DNA from: the human T2T-CHM13v2.0 reference genome, Homo sapiens
NCBI RefSeq assembly: GCF_009914755.1
Contig: NC_060937.1
Strand: one strand, 5' to 3'
Length of the DNA: 64,000 nucleotides
Every line of letters begins with the position of its first letter. Positions within the stretch are counted from its first letter, which is position 1. A program made the position numbers and the translations under genes. Shown here in pieces: positions 59,699-64,000 of the stretch. A model generated the notes under the pieces. It had not been told where the DNA came from. It ran no database searches and saw only the letters and a list, made by a program, of their open reading frames with translations.

Positions 59699-62256
59699 AT
59701 GAAATATCAAAGTTCACAAACTATATATTATATACTGTACATAAAATATCAAAGTAACCAAACTATACATTATATACTGTACATAAAATATGAAATTACA
59801 TCAAATATATATTATATTAGGTACATAAAATATGAAAGTACATCAAATATAGATTTTATACTGTACATAAAATATCAAAGTACCCAAATATATATCATAT
59901 ACTGTACATGAAATATCAAAGTTCACAAACTATATATTATATACTGTACATAAAATATCAAAATACACAAATTATACATTTTATACTGTACATATAATAT
60001 GAAATTACATCAAATATATATTATTTTAGGTATGTAAAATATGAAAGTACATCAAATATAGATTATATACTGTACATAAAATACCAAAAAGTACCCCAAA
60101 TATATATTTTATACTGTACATGAAATATCAAAGTTCTCAAACTATATTTTATATACTGCACATAAAATATCAAAATAATCAAGGTATATATTCCATACTG
60201 TACAAAAAATATCAAAGTACCCAAAGCCTATATTATATGCTGTACATAAAATATGAAAGTACATTAAATATATATTTTATTCTGTACATAAAATATCAAA
60301 GTACACCAAATATATATTCTATACTGTACATAAAATATCAAGGTACCCAAACTATACATTATATACTGTACATAAAATATGAAATTACATCAAATATATA
60401 TTATATTAGGTACATAAAATATGAAAGTACATCAAATATAGATTATATACTGTACATAAAATATCAAACTACCCAAATAAATATCATATACTGTACATGA
60501 AATATCAAAGTTCACAAACTATATATTATATACTGTACATAAAATATCAAAGTACCCAAACTATACATTATATACTGTACATAAAATATGAAATTACATT
60601 AAATGTATATTATATTAAGTACATAAAATATGAAATTACATCAAATATATATTTTATTAGGTATGTAAAATATGAAAGTACATCAAATATAGATTATATA
60701 CTGTACATAAAATACCAAAGTACCCCAAATATATATTTTATACTGTACATAAAATATCAAAGTTCTCAAACTATATATTATATTCTGCACTTAAAATATC
60801 AAAGTACCCAAGCTATATATTCCATAGTGTACAAAAAATATCAAAGTACCCAAAGCATATATAATATGCTGTACATAAAATATGAAAGTACATGAAATAT
60901 ATATTTTATTCTGTACATAAAATATCAAAGTAAACCAAATATATATTCTATACTGTACATAAAATATCAAGGTACCCAAACTATACATTATATACTGTAT
61001 ATAAAATATGAAATTACATCAAATATATATTATATTAGGTACATAAAATATGAAAGTACATCAAATATAGATTATATACTGTACATAAAATATCAAAGTA
61101 CGCAAATATATATCATATACTGTACATGTAATATCAAGGTACCCAAACTATACATTATATACTGTACATAAAATATGAAATTACAACAAATATATATTAT
61201 ATTAGGTATGTAAAATATGAAACTACATCAAATATAGATTATATACTGTACATAAAATACCAAAGTACCCCAAATATATATTTTATACTGTACATGAAAT
61301 ATCAAAGTTCTCAAACTATATATTATATACTGCACATAAAATATCAAAGTACCCAAGGTATATATTCCATACTGTACAAAAAATATCAAAGTACCCAAAG
61401 CATATTATATATGCTGTACATAAAATATGAAAGTACATCAAATATATATTTTATTCTGTACATAAAATATCAAAGTACACCAAATATATATTCTATACTG
61501 TACATAAAATATCATGGTACCCAAACAATACATTATATACTGTACATAACATATGAAATTACATCAAATATATATTATATTAGGTACATAAAATATGAAA
61601 GTACATCAAATATAGATTATATACTGTACATAAAATATCAAAGTACACAAATATATATCATATACTGTACATGAAATATCAAAGTTCACAAACTATATAT
61701 TATATACTGTACATAAAATATCAAATTACCAAACTATACATTATATACTGTACATAAAATATGAAATTACATCAAATATATATTTTATTAGGTATGTAAA
61801 ATATGAAAGTACATCAAATATAGATTATATACTGTACATAAAATACCAAAGTACCCCAAATATATTTTTTATACTGTACATGAAATATCAACGTTCTCAA
61901 ACTATATATTATATACTGCACATAAAATATCAGAGTACCCAAGGTATATATTCCATACTGTACAAAAAATATCAAAGTACCCAAAGCATATATTTTATGC
62001 TGTACATAAAATATGAAAGTACATGAAATATATATTTTATTCTCTATATAAAATTTCAAAGTATACCAAATATATATTCTATACTGTACATAAAATATCA
62101 AGGTACCCAAACTATACCTTATATACTGTACATAAAATATGAAATTACATCAAATATATATTATATTAGGTTCATAAAATATGAAAGTACATCAAATAAA
62201 GATTATATACTGTACATAAAATATCAAAGTACCCAAATATGTATCATATACTGTAC
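59699..62256 (+). repeat. 587-bp 14-mer HOR subfamily, right block (more diverged, with length variants)
   Basis: The same diagnostic variants as 1-2021 reappear (GGTATGTA at ~60029, 60660, 61206, 61791; ATATATATCATA; GTTCTCAA; CTGCAC; TATGCTG). Units start at 59908, 60497, 61126 and 61671. Confidence 0.88.
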
Positions 62257-64000
62257 ATGAAATACCAAAGTTCACAAACTATATATTATATACTGTACAT
62301 AAAATATCAAAGTACCCAAACTATACATTATATACTGTACATAAAATATCAAAGTACCGAAAGCATGTGTTATATTCTGTACATAAAATATGAAAGTACA
62401 TCAAATATATATTTTATTCTGTATAAAAAATATCAAAGTACACCAAGTATATATTCTATAGTGTACATAAAATATCAAAGTACCCAAACTATACATTATA
62501 TACTATACATAAAATTTGAAATTACATCAAATATATATTATATTAGGCACATAAAATATGAAAGTACATCAAATATAGATTATATACTGTACATAAAATA
62601 CCAAAGTACCCCAAATATATATTTTACACTGTACATGAAATATCAAAGTTCACAAACTATATATTATATACTGTACATAAAATATCAAAGTACCCAATGT
62701 ATATATTCTATACTGTACAAAATATATCAAAGTACCAAAAGCATGTATTATATACGGTACTTAAAATATGAAAGAACATCAAATATATATTTTATTCTGT
62801 ACATAAAATATCAAAGTACACCAAATATATATTCCATACTGTACATAAAAAATCAAAGTACCCAAACTATACATTATATACTGTACATAAAAGATGAAAT
62901 TACATCAAAAAAATATTATATTAGGTACATAAAATATGAAAGTACATCAAATATAGATTATATACTGTACATAAAATATCAAAGTACCCCAAATATATAT
63001 TTTATACAGTACATGAAATATCAAAGTTCACAAACTATATATTATATACTGTACATAAAATATCAAAGTACCCAATGTATATATTCTATACTGTAAAAAA
63101 TATAACAAAGTACCCAAAGCATGTATTATATACTATACATAAAATATGAAAGTACATGAAATATATATTTCATTCTGTACATAAAATATTAAAGTACACC
63201 AAATATATATTCTATACTGTACATAAAATATCAAAGTACACAAACTATACATTATATACTGTACATAAAAGATGAAATTACATCAAAAATATATTATATT
63301 AGGTACATAAAATATGAAAGTACATCAAATATAGATTATATACCTTACATAAAATATAAAAGTACCCCAAATATATATTATATACTGTACATGAATTATC
63401 AAAGTTCACAAACTATATATTATATACTGTACACAAAATATCAAAGTATCCAAGGTATATATTCTATACTGTACAAAAAATATCAAAGTACCCAAATCAT
63501 GTATTATATACTGTACATAAAATATGAAAGTAAATCAAATATATATTTTATTCTGTACTTAAAATATCAAAGTACACCAGATATATATTTTATTGTGTAC
63601 ATAAAATATCAAAGTACCCAAACTATACATTATATACTGTACATAAAATATGAAATTACATCAAATATATATTATATTAGGTACATAAAATATGAAAGTA
63701 CATCAAATATAGATTATATACTGTATATAAAATATCAAAGTACCCCAAATATATATTATATACTGTACATGAAATATCAAAGAACCCAAGGTATATATTC
63801 TATACTGTAGAAAAAATATCAAAGTACCAAAAGCATGTATTATATACTGTACATAAAATATGAAAATACATCAAATATATATTTTATTATGTACAAAAAA
63901 TATCAAAGTACACCAGATATATATTTTATAGTGTACATAAAATATCAAAGTACCCAAAGTATACATCATATACTGTACATAAAATATGAAATTACATCAA
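62257..64000 (+). repeat. Diverged 9-mer HSat1A zone
   Basis: 9-mer order resumes (A at 62257, 62635, 63013, 63391, 63769) with many singleton substitutions and stops. The first unit has an F-like monomer in the B position, and there is an A/B fusion monomer at 63769. Confidence 0.8.

Larger units (their letters stand above)
1..64000 (+). repeat. Human Satellite 1A (HSat1A / SAR / classical satellite I) 42-bp tandem array, ~1,500 monomers, single orientation
   Basis: 42-bp period throughout (14-aa period in the ORF track). GTAC (RsaI) sites cut most monomers into a 17-bp ACATAAAATATCAAAGT-type unit and a 25-bp ACCCAAACTATACATTATATACTGT-type unit, the classical description of human satellite I. 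About 7-10 G+C per 42 bp. No unique sequence seen. Confidence 0.95.

Noticed and set aside
1-64000. CRISPR-like pattern of a conserved TGTACATAAAATAT core with variable intervening sequence
   Set aside because: The intervening segments are homologous to each other and cycle with period 9. There are no unique spacers, leader or cas genes.
1-64000. Transposon insertions, inversions, alpha-satellite/CENP-B boxes, HSat1B or HSat2/3 segments
   Set aside because: None seen. Orientation is constant, with no (CATTC)n, Alu-derived or 171-bp sequence.
1-64000. TATA-like motifs as promoters, and scattered CpGs (ACCGAA, ACGCAA) as regulatory sites
   Set aside because: Expected by chance in ~80% AT sequence. 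The CpGs are sporadic variants with no island.
1-64000. Assignment to a specific chromosome or species
   Set aside because: HSat1A occurs on several human chromosomes (3, 4 and the acrocentrics) and related arrays may exist in other apes. With no unique flank, assignment needs k-mer mapping to assemblies.

Overview
The whole 64-kb window is one uninterrupted, single-orientation, ~80% AT tandem array of a 42-bp monomer (e.g. ATAAAATATCAAAGTACCCAAACTATACATTATATACTGTAC). It matches primate/human classical Satellite 1A (HSat1A, Repbase SAR; 17-bp + 25-bp RsaI subunits). I see no genes, RNA genes, transposons or inversions. The long ORFs arise because 42 is a multiple of 3 and one frame of the consensus has no stop. 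Nine monomer types (my labels A-I, read as 14-aa words in the ORF track) form a 378-bp higher-order repeat (HOR) over ~2,022-59,698. A distinct 587-bp 14-mer HOR subfamily flanks it on both sides (1-2,021 and ~59,699-62,256), and a more diverged 9-mer zone ends the window. Shared private variants reveal nested duplications of 8,691, 3,399, 5,289, 1,890 and 4,908 bp whose sizes sum exactly to the observed offsets, plus 2,100-bp and 9,489-bp duplications. HOR length variants in the core all differ by 4 monomers, pointing to an internal 4+5 substructure. The main functional hypothesis is speculative: the + strand carries about 6 perfect Pumilio elements (TGTACATA) per 378 bp. Chromosome and species cannot be fixed from the sequence alone.
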